Of a stretch of 64,000 bases of DNA, positions 38,576 to 51,414 are shown piece after piece; the first letter of the stretch is position 1, and each line of letters opens with the position of its first letter. Source of the DNA: an uncultured delta proteobacterium (GTDB lineage: Bacteria > Desulfobacterota > Zymogenia > Zymogenales > Zymogenaceae). The notes under the pieces are model-generated. The model saw only the letters and a list, made by a program, of their open reading frames with translations, was not told the origin of the DNA and made no database searches. Position numbers and translations under genes: made by a program. The DNA lies in contig CAWBYW010000016.1 in NCBI GenBank assembly GCA_963792965.1, forward strand, positions 256,001 through 320,000, given 5' to 3'.

Positions 38576-39499
38576 TCAGGGCAGGCCCGCCTCGGCCGCC
38601 TCCGGCATCGCAAAGCCCTGCCATCGCCGGTGGATCTCGGGGGCAAATCTCTCGATGAAGGCCAGCGGGTTATCCGAGAGGATGGCGTGCTCGACCTCCC
38701 GGCTCAGGCCGAACGCGGAAAAGTCGTGGTAGATGACGTCGAGGTCCCCCATCCCGACCGGGTGGTCCGATCCGAACAACGTCCGGTCCGAAAAATCGTT
38801 GATAAGCTCCCGAAATAACTCCGCGTACCCCACTTCCCCGGGCGTCTTGGAGGAGAGCCCCACCAGATCGAGATACCTCAGCGCGCCAAAGACGTTGGTG
38901 GCGTCAAGCCAAAGCCCCCGGTATTCCTCCATGAGGGCGCGAACCTCCCTGAAGTAGGGGAAAAGACAGTGTGCCAAAACCAGCACCAGCCGGGGAAAGC
39001 GTGTAAGGATTTTCTCGATATCGGCCGGCCCCATCTTCATCCGGTAGAATTCCTCAAATCCGGTATGCAGCACCACCGGACGCTCGTATTCTTCCATGAG
39101 CTCATAGACCGGGAACATCGCATCGCTGGCGGGGTCAAAGCGCTGGACAAAGGGGTGAAACTTCATCCCCACGAAATTATCTTTTTCGATGCAGCGTCTG
39201 ACCACATCGGGCTTATTCGGGGTATCGAAATGGAGCGAGCCAAAAGGGGCCGCCTGCGGCATACGCCGCGCCAGCTCGCGGTTGAACTCATTGACGGCCG
39301 TCGTCTGCTCCGCCTTCAGCGGATAGACGTAGTTGAAGAAAAACGGGATCCCTGCTCGGAAAAGATCGGCCCCGATCCCCTCCTCGGTGATGCCCGGGTC
39401 CACCGGGTGATCGGGAAAGGCGTGGCGGATCCAGCGCATGAGGCCTTCGATCCGGGTTTTCGTCATGATGTGGACGTGGGCATCGACGATCCGTTCCAT
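38576..39499 (-). CDS. Amidohydrolase family 2 protein
   Basis: DAHVH, GMKFHP, VLHTG, LAH, LFGSDHP. Confidence 0.88.
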   Translation of the reverse strand: MERIVDAHVHIMTKTRIEGLMRWIRHAFPDHPVDPGITEEGIGADLFRAGIPFFFNYVYPLKAEQTTAVNEFNRELARRMPQAAPFGSLHFDTPNKPDVVRRCIEKDNFVGMKFHPFVQRFDPASDAMFPVYELMEEYERPVVLHTGFEEFYRMKMGPADIEKILTRFPRLVLVLAHCLFPYFREVRALMEEYRGLWLDATNVFGALRYLDLVGLSSKTPGEVGYAELFRELINDFSDRTLFGSDHPVGMGDLDVIYHDFSAFGLSREVEHAILSDNPLAFIERFAPEIHRRWQGFAMPEAAEAGLP

Positions 39500-39505
39500 T
39501 GTCCC

Positions 39506-39889
39506 TTACCCGTTGCGCCGAATGGTGATTTCGGCGCCGTCGGCGATTGTCTTGAAGACCGTCGCGTCACCGATGATTCTTCCGAAGATGTTAACCCTTG
39601 ACGCCGCCCTGATTTCATCGCCGCGGCTCATCGGGGTCTTGCCGAAAAAGATGCAAAACGCCCTCCCGTCGGGCCAGTAGCCGAGCTCCCCCGCCTCGAC
39701 GAGGTCGCGCGCATCCGTCGCCAGGGCAAGCTTCAGAGGGATATCAAAATAGATCTCGTCCCCCCAGCGGTTGACGCTGCCCGTAATCGGGAGGATGGAG
39801 GCGATTGCGTGACCCGTCTCGCTGTCCAGTAGCTGTGCCTCGGCGACAACCGCGCCTGAGCGGATGGTGATCTTCATTGTCTCGTCCAT
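39506..39889 (-). CDS. Cyclophilin-like fold protein (DUF369/TM1367-like)
   Basis: LP......WGDEIYF.IP, G.LGYWP.G.AFCIFFG.TP.S. Confidence 0.85.
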   Translation of the reverse strand: MDETMKITIRSGAVVAEAQLLDSETGHAIASILPITGSVNRWGDEIYFDIPLKLALATDARDLVEAGELGYWPDGRAFCIFFGKTPMSRGDEIRAASRVNIFGRIIGDATVFKTIADGAEITIRRNG

Positions 39890-40183
39890 AGGGCGCGCCT
39901 CCCTTTTCCTGCGATAGTATACTCCATCTTATGGTCGATAGACGGATTTTGTCAAGCCGTTTCGGCCGCGCGGGCAAACTATGTTCGTTCTCGGACGTTT
40001 TTGGATCACTTTCCCCTTGACAAGTCGGCGGTCTTTTGGTGTAATGACATCGGGCGATCGCCGGTTTCCATTTCACGTTTTGGTCATCATTTTTTCAAGC
40101 AATCCATTTCGTGGGCGATGAGATGTAAGACATTATCGTTGTTTCGCTATCCTTTTCTTTTTTGCATGAAAAAGGAAATTGAG

Positions 40184-40288
40184 TTTTCCACACCTGTGAG
40201 CAATTATGTGGATAACTCAATTTTTTTTTCGGCTAAATTCCTGTTTTCCTTATGAGTTCGGATTTTTCCACATGGGATGGGTGAATAA
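40184..40288. promoter_or_regulatory. DnaA-box cluster upstream of dnaA (oriC1 / autoregulation)
   Basis: TTTTCCACA 40184-92, TGTGGATAA 40207-15 (perfect), TTTTCCACA 40264-72, GGTGAATAA 40280-88 in AT-rich context. Confidence 0.85.
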
Positions 40289-40327
40289 ATTGTTGATTTT
40301 CCTCACTAAAAAACGCTCAAGTAAAAA

Positions 40328-41668
40328 ATGAACGAACACTGGGAAAGAGCGGCGGACATCATACGAGAAGAGGTCGGCAAGAAGACCTACGATCTCTGGT
40401 TTAAGTCCTTGATAATAAAGGAAGTCCTGGATAACCGGATCGTGGTGGAGGTCCCCAACAAGTTTTTCAAGGACTGGATTGTTGAACACTACCTCGCGCT
40501 GATCGGTCAAACCCTTAAGAAGGTGAACGGGGCCGAATATGCTGTGGAGTTCGTCGTCGCCGAGCCCCACGATACCGTCTCTTTGCCGAAGGAGACGACC
40601 AAGAAAGAGGTCCGTCCCCTCGTGAAGGCGCTCCGCCAACGCCTCAACCCCCACTACACCCTTGCCAATTTCGTCAAGGGGCCGTCAAACGAGTTCGCCA
40701 AGGCCGCGTGTGAGAAGGTGGTGGAAAACCCGGCCCGCGAATATAACCCCCTGTTTATCTACGGCGGCGTGGGCCTGGGTAAAACCCATCTCCTCAACGC
40801 GGTAGGGCTCGGGATTCTCCAGCGTCATCCCGATGCGGCGGTCTATTACATAACCTCGGAGGAATTCGTCAACGAATTGGTCAAGTCCATCCGGTATGAG
40901 AAGATGGACGAATTCCGAAAGAAGTTTCGCAATATCGACGTGTTGCTTGTGGACGACATCCAGTTCATCGCGGGTAAGAAACAGACCCAGGAAGAGTTCT
41001 TCCACACCTTTAATACCCTGTACGAGAACCAGAAGCAAATCGTCCTGACCGCCGACAAGATCACCAAGGAGATCGCGGGGCTGGAAGAGCGGCTTCGCTC
41101 CCGCTTCGAGTGGGGGCTGATCGCCGATATCGACTACCCCGACACGGAGCACATGGTGGCCATTCTCAAGGCGAAGGCTGAGAAGAACTACTCGGTGGAG
41201 CTTTCCGATGACGTGGCATTCTTCATCGCCACCATCGTTGACAACAAGCCCAACATCCGGGAGCTCGAGGGACTGCTGACCCGCCTCATGGCCGAGGCGT
41301 CTCTGGACGGGAGGGAGATCGGCCTCGACTTTGCGCGCAATGCCCTGAAGAGTTTCATCCGGGACCGCGATCACCCCGAGAGCATCGAGAATATCCAGAA
41401 GGCGGTGGCGAAATATTTCAAGCTCAAGGTGTCCGACCTCAAGTCCCCGAGACGCGTCAAGGTCCTGGCCGAGCCGAGGCAGATCGCCATGTATCTCTGC
41501 AAGAAGATCAACAAGGCTTCCTATCCGGAGATCGGCAGCAAGTTCGGGGGGAAGGATCATTCCACGGTCATCCACGCCGTGAAGAAGATCGAAAGACAGA
41601 TCGGACAGGACATCGATTTCAAGAACACCGTCTTTGCCATCGAAAATCAGATCAAGCTCCGGGGCTGA
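40328..41668 (+). CDS. dnaA: Chromosomal replication initiator DnaA
   Basis: YNPLFIYGGVGLGKTHL, DDIQF, QEEFFHTFN, RLRSRFEWGL, RQIAMYL, GGKDHSTVIHA. Confidence 0.99.
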   Translation: MNEHWERAADIIREEVGKKTYDLWFKSLIIKEVLDNRIVVEVPNKFFKDWIVEHYLALIGQTLKKVNGAEYAVEFVVAEPHDTVSLPKETTKKEVRPLVKALRQRLNPHYTLANFVKGPSNEFAKAACEKVVENPAREYNPLFIYGGVGLGKTHLLNAVGLGILQRHPDAAVYYITSEEFVNELVKSIRYEKMDEFRKKFRNIDVLLVDDIQFIAGKKQTQEEFFHTFNTLYENQKQIVLTADKITKEIAGLEERLRSRFEWGLIADIDYPDTEHMVAILKAKAEKNYSVELSDDVAFFIATIVDNKPNIRELEGLLTRLMAEASLDGREIGLDFARNALKSFIRDRDHPESIENIQKAVAKYFKLKVSDLKSPRRVKVLAEPRQIAMYLCKKINKASYPEIGSKFGGKDHSTVIHAVKKIERQIGQDIDFKNTVFAIENQIKLRG

Positions 41669-41880
41669 AACATGTGGAAAAGGGGCATAAGAACCATGTG
41701 GATAGGATGTTGAGAAGAAGGCACGGCCAAGAAAACGGTTTTATGAACAGATTATCCCCGATTTTTTTTGTACCGAAACAGAGAGTTCTGTTATATACTT
41801 ACAAAAATATATACACAGTTAACAGGACATACTACTACTATAATACTATATATCTTAATACTATAGATAGGGACCGATAA
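41669..41880. other. Replication origin oriC (dnaA-dnaN intergenic) with DnaA boxes, DnaA-trios and AT-rich DUE
   Basis: TGTGGAAAA 41673-81, TGTGGATAG 41697-705, TTATCCCCG 41752-60, ATATACACA 41809-17, then TACTACTACTATAATACTA at 41830-41848. Confidence 0.88.
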
Positions 41881-41892
41881 AGGAGTGGACTC

Positions 41893-43014
41893 ATGGAATT
41901 CAAAATAGAAAAGGAAGAGATCCTCAAAGGCCTCGGGAGGACTCAGAGCATCGTAGAAAAAAAGAATACCATCCAGATATTATCGAACGTCCTTTTGAAG
42001 CTCTCCGGCAACGACCTGACCATCGAGGCGACGGATCTTGAGATCGGCGTCAGGGCGACCTATACGGCAGAGGGAATAGCCCCCGGGGGCGTCACGGTGG
42101 ATGCCAAGACGCTCTATGAGGTCATCAAGCAGATCCCGGAGGGAACGACGATACACTTTCTAAAGAAAGAAAACAACTGGCTTGAGATCACCGCGGGGAG
42201 GTCCGTCTTCAATCTTGTCGGGCTTTCCCCTGAAGACTTCCCCGAAGTTCCGATCCCCGTGGGTGAAAAACAGTGGACGATGAACCCCGAAATCCTCAAG
42301 GGGATGATCGATAAGACGGTCTTCGCCGTTTCCCAGGAGGACATGCGATACAATCTCTCGGGGGTTTTCATGGAGACTTTCGAGGAGGGAAGGGCAAAAA
42401 AGGTCAGGATGGTCGCCACGGACGGGCACCGGCTTTCACTCGTCGATTCGGAGTTCGAGGGTGAGATCCCGCTAACGACGGGCCAAGGCATTATCATCCC
42501 GAAGAAGGGACTGGCCGAATTGAGGAAGATCCTCGATGAAAGCGCGGATCCGGTCGGCATCCGGCTGGACGGGAACAACCTCATGGTGAAGAGGGACCGC
42601 CTCACGCTGGTCATGAGACTTGTGGACGGCCGTTTTCCCGACTATCGCCAGGTGATCCCCCAGAATAACGATAAGGTCATCACCCTGGTAAGAGAGGAAT
42701 TCATCAGGACGCTGAGAAGGGTCTCGATCCTCTCTTTCGAACGGGTCAAGATGGTGAAGTTTCATATCACGGGGGCGGTAGTCGAGATCACCTCCGAAAG
42801 CCCGGATATGGGGACGGCCCGGGAGGAAGTCCCCGTGGAATACGCCGGGCCCGATATGACGATCGGCTTCAATTCCACGTATCTTCTCGATATCCTCGGC
42901 GCCATGGATGATGAGACGATTTCTCTGAAACTCATGGACGAATCGAGCCCCGGGGAGATCCGGCCGGCAAAAGAGAGGGGATATTTCTTTATCATCATGC
43001 CGATGAAAATATAG
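41893..43014 (+). CDS. dnaN: DNA polymerase III beta clamp
   Basis: ATDLEI, VATDGHRL, IIPKK, G.FPDY..VIP, IGFN..YLLD, IMPM. Confidence 0.98.
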   Translation: MEFKIEKEEILKGLGRTQSIVEKKNTIQILSNVLLKLSGNDLTIEATDLEIGVRATYTAEGIAPGGVTVDAKTLYEVIKQIPEGTTIHFLKKENNWLEITAGRSVFNLVGLSPEDFPEVPIPVGEKQWTMNPEILKGMIDKTVFAVSQEDMRYNLSGVFMETFEEGRAKKVRMVATDGHRLSLVDSEFEGEIPLTTGQGIIIPKKGLAELRKILDESADPVGIRLDGNNLMVKRDRLTLVMRLVDGRFPDYRQVIPQNNDKVITLVREEFIRTLRRVSILSFERVKMVKFHITGAVVEITSESPDMGTAREEVPVEYAGPDMTIGFNSTYLLDILGAMDDETISLKLMDESSPGEIRPAKERGYFFIIMPMKI

Positions 43015-43091
43015 TTTCAGTTTCCGATTCCATAAAAGCACAAGACGTGGTATAGTATAACGTTTAGTGTCTGAGGGATTATTTCGTCTGA

Positions 43092-45518
<2,427 letters not shown>

Positions 45519-45781
45519 CCGGGCGCATCTTGGACTTGAAAGGATGACGAAGCGCGGTGTCGGGGGGCACGAAAAGAGCGTGGTCGCCCGGACACAAGAT
45601 GATCGGATACGGGCGAGAAGGAATGGGGGGTGGCGCCGTTTCGTCTTTTATGACACATGCTGCCGCAAACGGGCATGAGTGCGACGTCGAAAATAGTGTA
45701 TTCCTGACAGAAGAGAGGTCAAGGGGGGCCTGTATGGAAGACAAGGGCGCCCCTTAGTTTTAAGCGGGAGGAGAAGGAAGC

Positions 45782-48236
45782 ATGGATGAGACCAGGCCGG
45801 CGCATGCGACGGCCATAAACATAGAAGACGAGATGCGGCGCTCCTACATCGATTACGCCATGAGCGTCATCATCGGCAGGGCGATCCCGGATGTCCGCGA
45901 CGGGCTCAAGCCGGTGCACCGGCGCATCCTCTTTGCTATGTATGAGCTGAGGAACTTTTTCGACGAGCCGCATAAGAAGTCGGCCCGTATCGTCGGCGAT
46001 GTCATCGGCAAGTACCACCCGCACGGGGACATCTCCGTCTACGACGCCCTCGTCAGGATGGCCCAGAATTTCAACATGAGGCACCTCCTCGTGGACGGGC
46101 AGGGAAACTTCGGGTCGGTGGACGGTGACCCCCCGGCGGCGATGCGGTACACCGAGGTACGGACAACGAAAATCGCCCGGCACCTCCTTGACGACATCGA
46201 AAAGAAGACCGTCGATTTCGTTCCCAACTACGATGAAACCCGCGAGGAGCCGACTATCCTCCCCGCGCGGTTCCCCAACCTCCTCCTCAACGGATCGTCG
46301 GGGATCGCCGTCGGGATGGCCACAAATATCCCGCCGCACAACCTCGGTGAGCTGATCGACGCCTGCATCGAGATCATCAAAAACCCGAAGATATCGGTCA
46401 AAGAGCTCATGAGGTATGTCCCGGGACCCGACTTCCCGACCCGGGGCTTTATCTACGGCACGGGCGGGCATCAAGGAGGCATACGAGAAGGGCCGCGGGA
46501 GGATCGTGCTGCGCGCCCGGGCCAAGATCGAAACCCAGCCCCGGACCGGTAAGACCGCCATCGTCGTCACCGAGATCCCGTACGGCGTCAACAAGGTCAA
46601 GCTCATCGAGCGGATCGCGGATCTGGTGCGCAACAAGAAGGTCGAGGGCATCAGTGACCTGAGGGACGAGTCGGACCGCGAGGGGATGCGCATCGTCATC
46701 GAGCTGAAAAAGGAGGCGATGCCCCCCATCGTCCTCAACCGGCTCTTTTCCCTCACCCCCATGGAGTCAACGTTCGGGGTCATCATGCTTGCCATCGTCG
46801 CCGGCAGGCCGCGTGTCCTCAACCTCAAAGAGGCGCTCCTTCACTTTATCTACCATCGGCGAGACGTGGTGACGAGGCGCACGAAGTTCGACCTCGAGCG
46901 GGCGCTGGAGCGCGCGCATATCCTTGAGGGACTGGTCATCGCGATAAAGAACATCGACGAGATCATCAGTATCATCAAATCCTCCGCGACCCAGCCCGAG
47001 GCCAAGGAGCGCATGATCGCCCGGTTCAGCTTCTCCGATATCCAGGCGCAGGCGATCCTCGATATGCGCCTCGGCAGGCTCACCTCCCTGGAGATGGAGA
47101 AGATCATCAAGGAGTACGAGGAGGTGCTGGCCCTTATCGAGGAGCTCAGGAAGATCCTCGCCGACGAAAAAGAGCTCATCAAGGTCGTCACAAAAGAGCT
47201 CATCGAGATCAAAGAGGAGTTCGCCGACGAGCGAAAGACCGAGATCATCGCCGAGACCAAGGAGCTCACCATCGAGGACCTTATCGCCCAGGAAGATATG
47301 GTGGTGACGGTATCTCACAACGGCTACATCAAGAGGACGCCGCTTTCCGTATACCGATCGCAGAAGCGCGGGGGAAAGGGTGTCTCGGCCATGGACATGA
47401 ACGAGGGTGATTTCGTCGAGAGCCTCTTTATCGCCCAAACCCATGACCACGTGCTGATCTTCTCCGACCGCGGGAGGGCCTACGGGCTCAGGGTCCATGA
47501 AATACCCCAGGCGGCGCGGGTCAGCCGCGGGAGGTCCGTGGCAAACCTCGTTCAGATGGCGGCCGAAGAGAAGGTGGCCTCGATGCTCGTGGTGCCGGAT
47601 GTCGGCCACGACGTGAACGTCATGATGGTGACCGAAAAGGGGATGATCAAGAAGAGCGCCGCCTCCGAGTACGCCAACGCCCGGCATACGGGGATCGTCG
47701 CCATCGGCCTTGCCGAGGACGATCGGCTCGTGGCCGCGCGGGTCGTCGAACAGGGACGCGAGATCATCCTGGCCACGGCGAACGGCTTTGCCGTCCGATT
47801 CTCCGAGGATGAGGTGCGTCCTATGGGGAGGAGCGCTCAGGGCGTGAAGGCGGCCAAACTTGGTCCCAAGGACACGGTGGTGGGGATCGCTATCATCACC
47901 GAGGGATGCACCATCCTCACCACGACCGAGAAAGGATTCGGGAAACGGACGCGCGAGGATGAATACTCCTCGATCAAGCGGGGAGGAAAGGGAGTCATCT
48001 CGCTGAAGACCACCGAGCGGACCGGGAAGCTGGTTGGGATCAAGAGCATATCGGTCGACGACGAGGTGGTCATGATCTCCGACAAGGGCAAGTTCCTGAG
48101 GCAGAAAGCCAACGCCATCTCGGTCATCGGAAGAAACACTCAGGGGGTCAGGCTCATGAACCTCGATGAAGGCGAGCGTCTCGTCGGCATCGCGGTGCTG
48201 GCCGAAAAGGAGGAGGAAAACGGCAATGAGGCGTAG
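45782..48236 (+). CDS. gyrA: DNA gyrase subunit A (+1 indel near 46463)
   Basis: [43 protein letters not shown], GyrA-box QKRGGKG, pinwheel repeats. Confidence 0.98.
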
Positions 48237-49215
48237 CTGGATCGCGATTGGGGCCTTTTTGATCCTTGTGCTCATCACCTTCGGGGCGTGCAGCCAGGAC
48301 CCCCTCTCCAATGATTTTGAGCGGGCCGATAAGCTCTCCGAGAGGGGACACTATGAAGAGGCCGCCGAGATGTTTCGGGGGATCGCCACCGTCAACCCTC
48401 ATTCCGAATGGGCTCCCAAGGCCCTCTTCCGATCGGGCACGATAAACTACCTCTACCTCAAGCACTACGATGACGCCGTCGAGGATTTCGCCTACCTGAT
48501 TTATTACTACCCCAAGAACGACCTGGCTTTCGATGCCGAGGTGGACATCATCGACATCTACATGAACAAGCTCTCCAACTACTCCCAGGCCATCGTCGAG
48601 CTGAGGAAACTCATCGAGGCCTATCCTTCACACAAGCACATCGATGAGTTTCAGTATAAGCTGGCCCAGTGCTTTTATTACATGCGAGACTTCGACCAGG
48701 CGCGGCTCGAGTATCTGATTCTCCTGGACAGCTATCCCCGGACGGACCTCAGGCCGCAGGTATACTACGATATCGCCAGCGCCTATTTCGTGGAGGGGGG
48801 AGGCAAGCTTGACAAGGCCATCGAGTATTACAGTAAGCTGATAGACGAATACCCCGACTCAAAGCTCGTGATGGAGGCGCGGTTCTACAGTGCCGCGGCG
48901 CTCGAGGAAAAAGGGGAGCTTGATGAGGCGCTCAAAGCCTACGAGGAGCTCTTGCCGATCTATCCAAACCCGCGGATGGTCGCGCTGAGGATCGAGGGGG
49001 TCAAGAACATCATCGAAAAGAAGGCGTCGCCCGCGCCGGCGGAGGACTTCATGGGAGTCGGGGGGGGGACGGAAGGCGAGAATACGAACGGGACCGAGGG
49101 GGAGGTCAAGGAGGTCGGTGGGAGCGAGCCGGCCGACGGGATCGTCATCAAGACCCCGGACAAGACTAAGGAGACGACCCCGGGGGGAGAGAAGAAGGAC
49201 GACACGAAGAAGTAG
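48226..49215 (+). CDS. TPR lipoprotein (BamD/CpoB-like repeats) with acidic low-complexity tail
   Basis: Lipobox FGAC after hydrophobic signal; repeated A..Y..L...YP TPR units; overlaps gyrA stop by 11 nt. Confidence 0.85.
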   Translation: MRRSWIAIGAFLILVLITFGACSQDPLSNDFERADKLSERGHYEEAAEMFRGIATVNPHSEWAPKALFRSGTINYLYLKHYDDAVEDFAYLIYYYPKNDLAFDAEVDIIDIYMNKLSNYSQAIVELRKLIEAYPSHKHIDEFQYKLAQCFYYMRDFDQARLEYLILLDSYPRTDLRPQVYYDIASAYFVEGGGKLDKAIEYYSKLIDEYPDSKLVMEARFYSAAALEEKGELDEALKAYEELLPIYPNPRMVALRIEGVKNIIEKKASPAPAEDFMGVGGGTEGENTNGTEGEVKEVGGSEPADGIVIKTPDKTKETTPGGEKKDDTKK

Positions 49216-49289
49216 GGGGGAATAGGTCCGTTTAAGCGGTGACCGAAAGGTCTGTCGGACTCATCAGTATCTCTCCGACGCTGTGATGG

Positions 49290-49319
49290 AGGACGTGTGT
49301 CGATGCACACGTCCTTTTT
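49290..49319 (+). terminator. Intrinsic terminator after gyrA-TPR
   Basis: AGGACGTGTG-TCGATG-CACACGTCCT followed by TTTT. Confidence 0.85.
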
Positions 49320-49480
49320 AGTTTTCGGCCGTCGGCGGGCGGGGGGAGAAGATCTAATCCGATGAGGGATGACTCCCTCGGGCCTCGGGAAGGTACTCCT
49401 CTTGAAAGAGTTGTTCGGGCGGCCTTACGGCCGCCCGAAACGTCTGGAGGTGAAGTTCTGTAGGGGAGAGGGGAAAGGGT

Positions 49481-50755
49481 CTATTTCACGAGGTGCCATT
49501 CGGCCACGAGCGTCTTCTGCTTCGGCACCGCCACCAGGACGACGGGTGAAGCGAAGATCTTACCGGGAACACCCGTAAGGGCGACGGAGACGGCCTCTGA
49601 GTCAAGGGTAACGCCCGCAACGCTCAGAACCGCCAGCCCTCGGTTGCCGTCCGCCGCAAAGGCGATGACGGACTTCTTGGTAAAATCTATAGTGCCGAGC
49701 TTGGGGCCGCTGATCTTGAGCTCGGTGATGATCTTTTTGAGCTCTTCGGGGGTCGTCGCCGTAAACTCCCTGTCTTTGAGGATATAGTCGGTGACGCCGG
49801 AATAGACGACGTCGTAGGCGATCGGGTCGCCGTAGGTAACCCCCTTCTCGATCATCTTGTCCTTCATGGAGCCCAAGAGCACCGAGTCGAGGTTATTATC
49901 CACCAGCGCCACGTCGGTTCCCGCACCCCCGCGCCCGCCTTCCATCGGGGCAGTCGTCCCGGTCGTTGAGGGTGCGCCCGACGGCGCGGGGACCTTGGCG
50001 GCGAGCCCCTTCTCTTCGGCCTTGTCTGCCCCGAGCTTCCAGAACCCGCGGTCGGCTTCCTTCTTGTCCATGGCGTAGTAGTCGCCCCCCGACATCATGA
50101 CGGTCTCGGTCTCGCCGGAAGCGGTGGTATACTCACCCTTATAGGTGAGGTATTCGAAGGTCCCCTCTGTCCCTTTCGCGATCTTTGTGAAGACGTCAAC
50201 CCCTTCCTTTGAGAGGCCGCTTGCCCCGATGGTGTTGATGATAATTTGTTTCTTCAACGCCTCCTTGATCTCGTTATCCGTTGTGTAATCGTTCTCGTAG
50301 AAGTGCGGGGGTGCGTCGCCGATGAGGAAGATCGTCTTGTCCGTGTCGACCGCCGTGTCCCAGTTTATGTCGTGGATGGCCACGTGCAACGCCTCGTTGA
50401 CGCTCTCCGGCTCGTCTCCGCCGCCGGAGGCCACGAGGTTTTTAACCTCTTTGATGATCGCGTCGGTATCGTCGGTCAGCTTGAAGATCTTCGTTACGTA
50501 TTCGTCACCTCGATCACGATATATTACCAGCCCGAAGCGGACGTCCGGTCTCGGCGTGCCGCTCTCGATGTCGGCGATCATGTCCACGAGGCTCTTCTTG
50601 ACGACCTCGATCTCGTCCCCCATGGAGCCGGTGGTGTCGATGAGGAAGACGACGTCCATCCGTGGGGCTTTTTCCTTCGCCGCGGCAGTCAGCATACCCG
50701 ACAGGGTTAGCGCAACAACGATAATTCCGGCAAGAACAATAGCAGGTCGTTTCAT
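49481..50755 (-). CDS. Secreted vWA-domain protein
   Basis: Signal peptide (AAA/K), MIDAS DVVFLIDTTGSM, YRD, GGGDEPE, LIGDAPPH; GGGAGG RBS. Confidence 0.88.
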   Translation of the reverse strand: MKRPAIVLAGIIVVALTLSGMLTAAAKEKAPRMDVVFLIDTTGSMGDEIEVVKKSLVDMIADIESGTPRPDVRFGLVIYRDRGDEYVTKIFKLTDDTDAIIKEVKNLVASGGGDEPESVNEALHVAIHDINWDTAVDTDKTIFLIGDAPPHFYENDYTTDNEIKEALKKQIIINTIGASGLSKEGVDVFTKIAKGTEGTFEYLTYKGEYTTASGETETVMMSGGDYYAMDKKEADRGFWKLGADKAEEKGLAAKVPAPSGAPSTTGTTAPMEGGRGGAGTDVALVDNNLDSVLLGSMKDKMIEKGVTYGDPIAYDVVYSGVTDYILKDREFTATTPEELKKIITELKISGPKLGTIDFTKKSVIAFAADGNRGLAVLSVAGVTLDSEAVSVALTGVPGKIFASPVVLVAVPKQKTLVAEWHLVK

Positions 50756-50852
50756 GAGGCACCTCCCTTTTTCACGGTAAGACACCGGGAACGGAGAAAG
50801 GTTCCGGAACAGTGAGCGAGGGGGACTCGGGTTACTCTCGGAAGGCGCGGGA

Positions 50853-51305
50853 TTATTGGCCCGCCTTAACAAAGAGCATTCTGAGATCATAGAGGGCGGC
50901 GTCGAGAAAGGCCTCCTCGTCGGGGGTAAGGTTTCCCTTCGTCTTTTCCTTGAGCAGGGAGATGAGATCGATGGTCTGACGCGCCCCGACGAGATCCTTC
51001 TTCGTCTCACCGCTGGCCGGGTTGGGCACCTGGCCGAGGTAGATGAGGGCCGAGGTGGAAAGGGACATGATAAAAGAAGTGAAGGTGAGGGGGACATATT
51101 CGTGCTCAGCTCCGGACGCGCCCCTTTTCTCCCGCGGCGGCTCTTGGGTCCGCTCGTCCGATGGGGGGGTCTGCCCGGTCGTCTCGGGCTCCGGCTTCGG
51201 CTCGTCGGGGCCGGCGTCCTCCTTACCTACCCTGCGCTTGTCGTGGACGGTAAAGCCCTTATCGTCTTGTTCCGGTTCTTTCTTGTCTTTATCTTTTGTA
51301 TCCAT
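50853..51305 (-). CDS. DUF1844 domain protein
   Basis: F..FIMSLSTSALIYLG, ARQTIDLI.LL.EKTKGNLT.DE..L...LYDLRM.FV. Confidence 0.88.
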   Translation of the reverse strand: MDTKDKDKKEPEQDDKGFTVHDKRRVGKEDAGPDEPKPEPETTGQTPPSDERTQEPPREKRGASGAEHEYVPLTFTSFIMSLSTSALIYLGQVPNPASGETKKDLVGARQTIDLISLLKEKTKGNLTPDEEAFLDAALYDLRMLFVKAGQ

Positions 51306-51414
51306 CGGACTTTCCTCACATCAGGTTACGTGCAGAGCACCCGAAAAGAGAGGTGACCCGGATTCTTTTCGTGACTTGCCGGACCCCGCGAAAACGGAAG
51401 TTTCATGGGGGCGC

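Noticed and set aside
41830-41870. TAC trinucleotide microsatellite
   Set aside because: Explained as DnaA-trios of oriC.
49225-49270. Hammerhead-like CTGATGA-GTCCG...CGGAC on the minus strand
   Set aside because: Stem II is followed by CTAT instead of the invariant GAAA and no stems I/III are evident; it also lacks the 5' half of a fluoride riboswitch.
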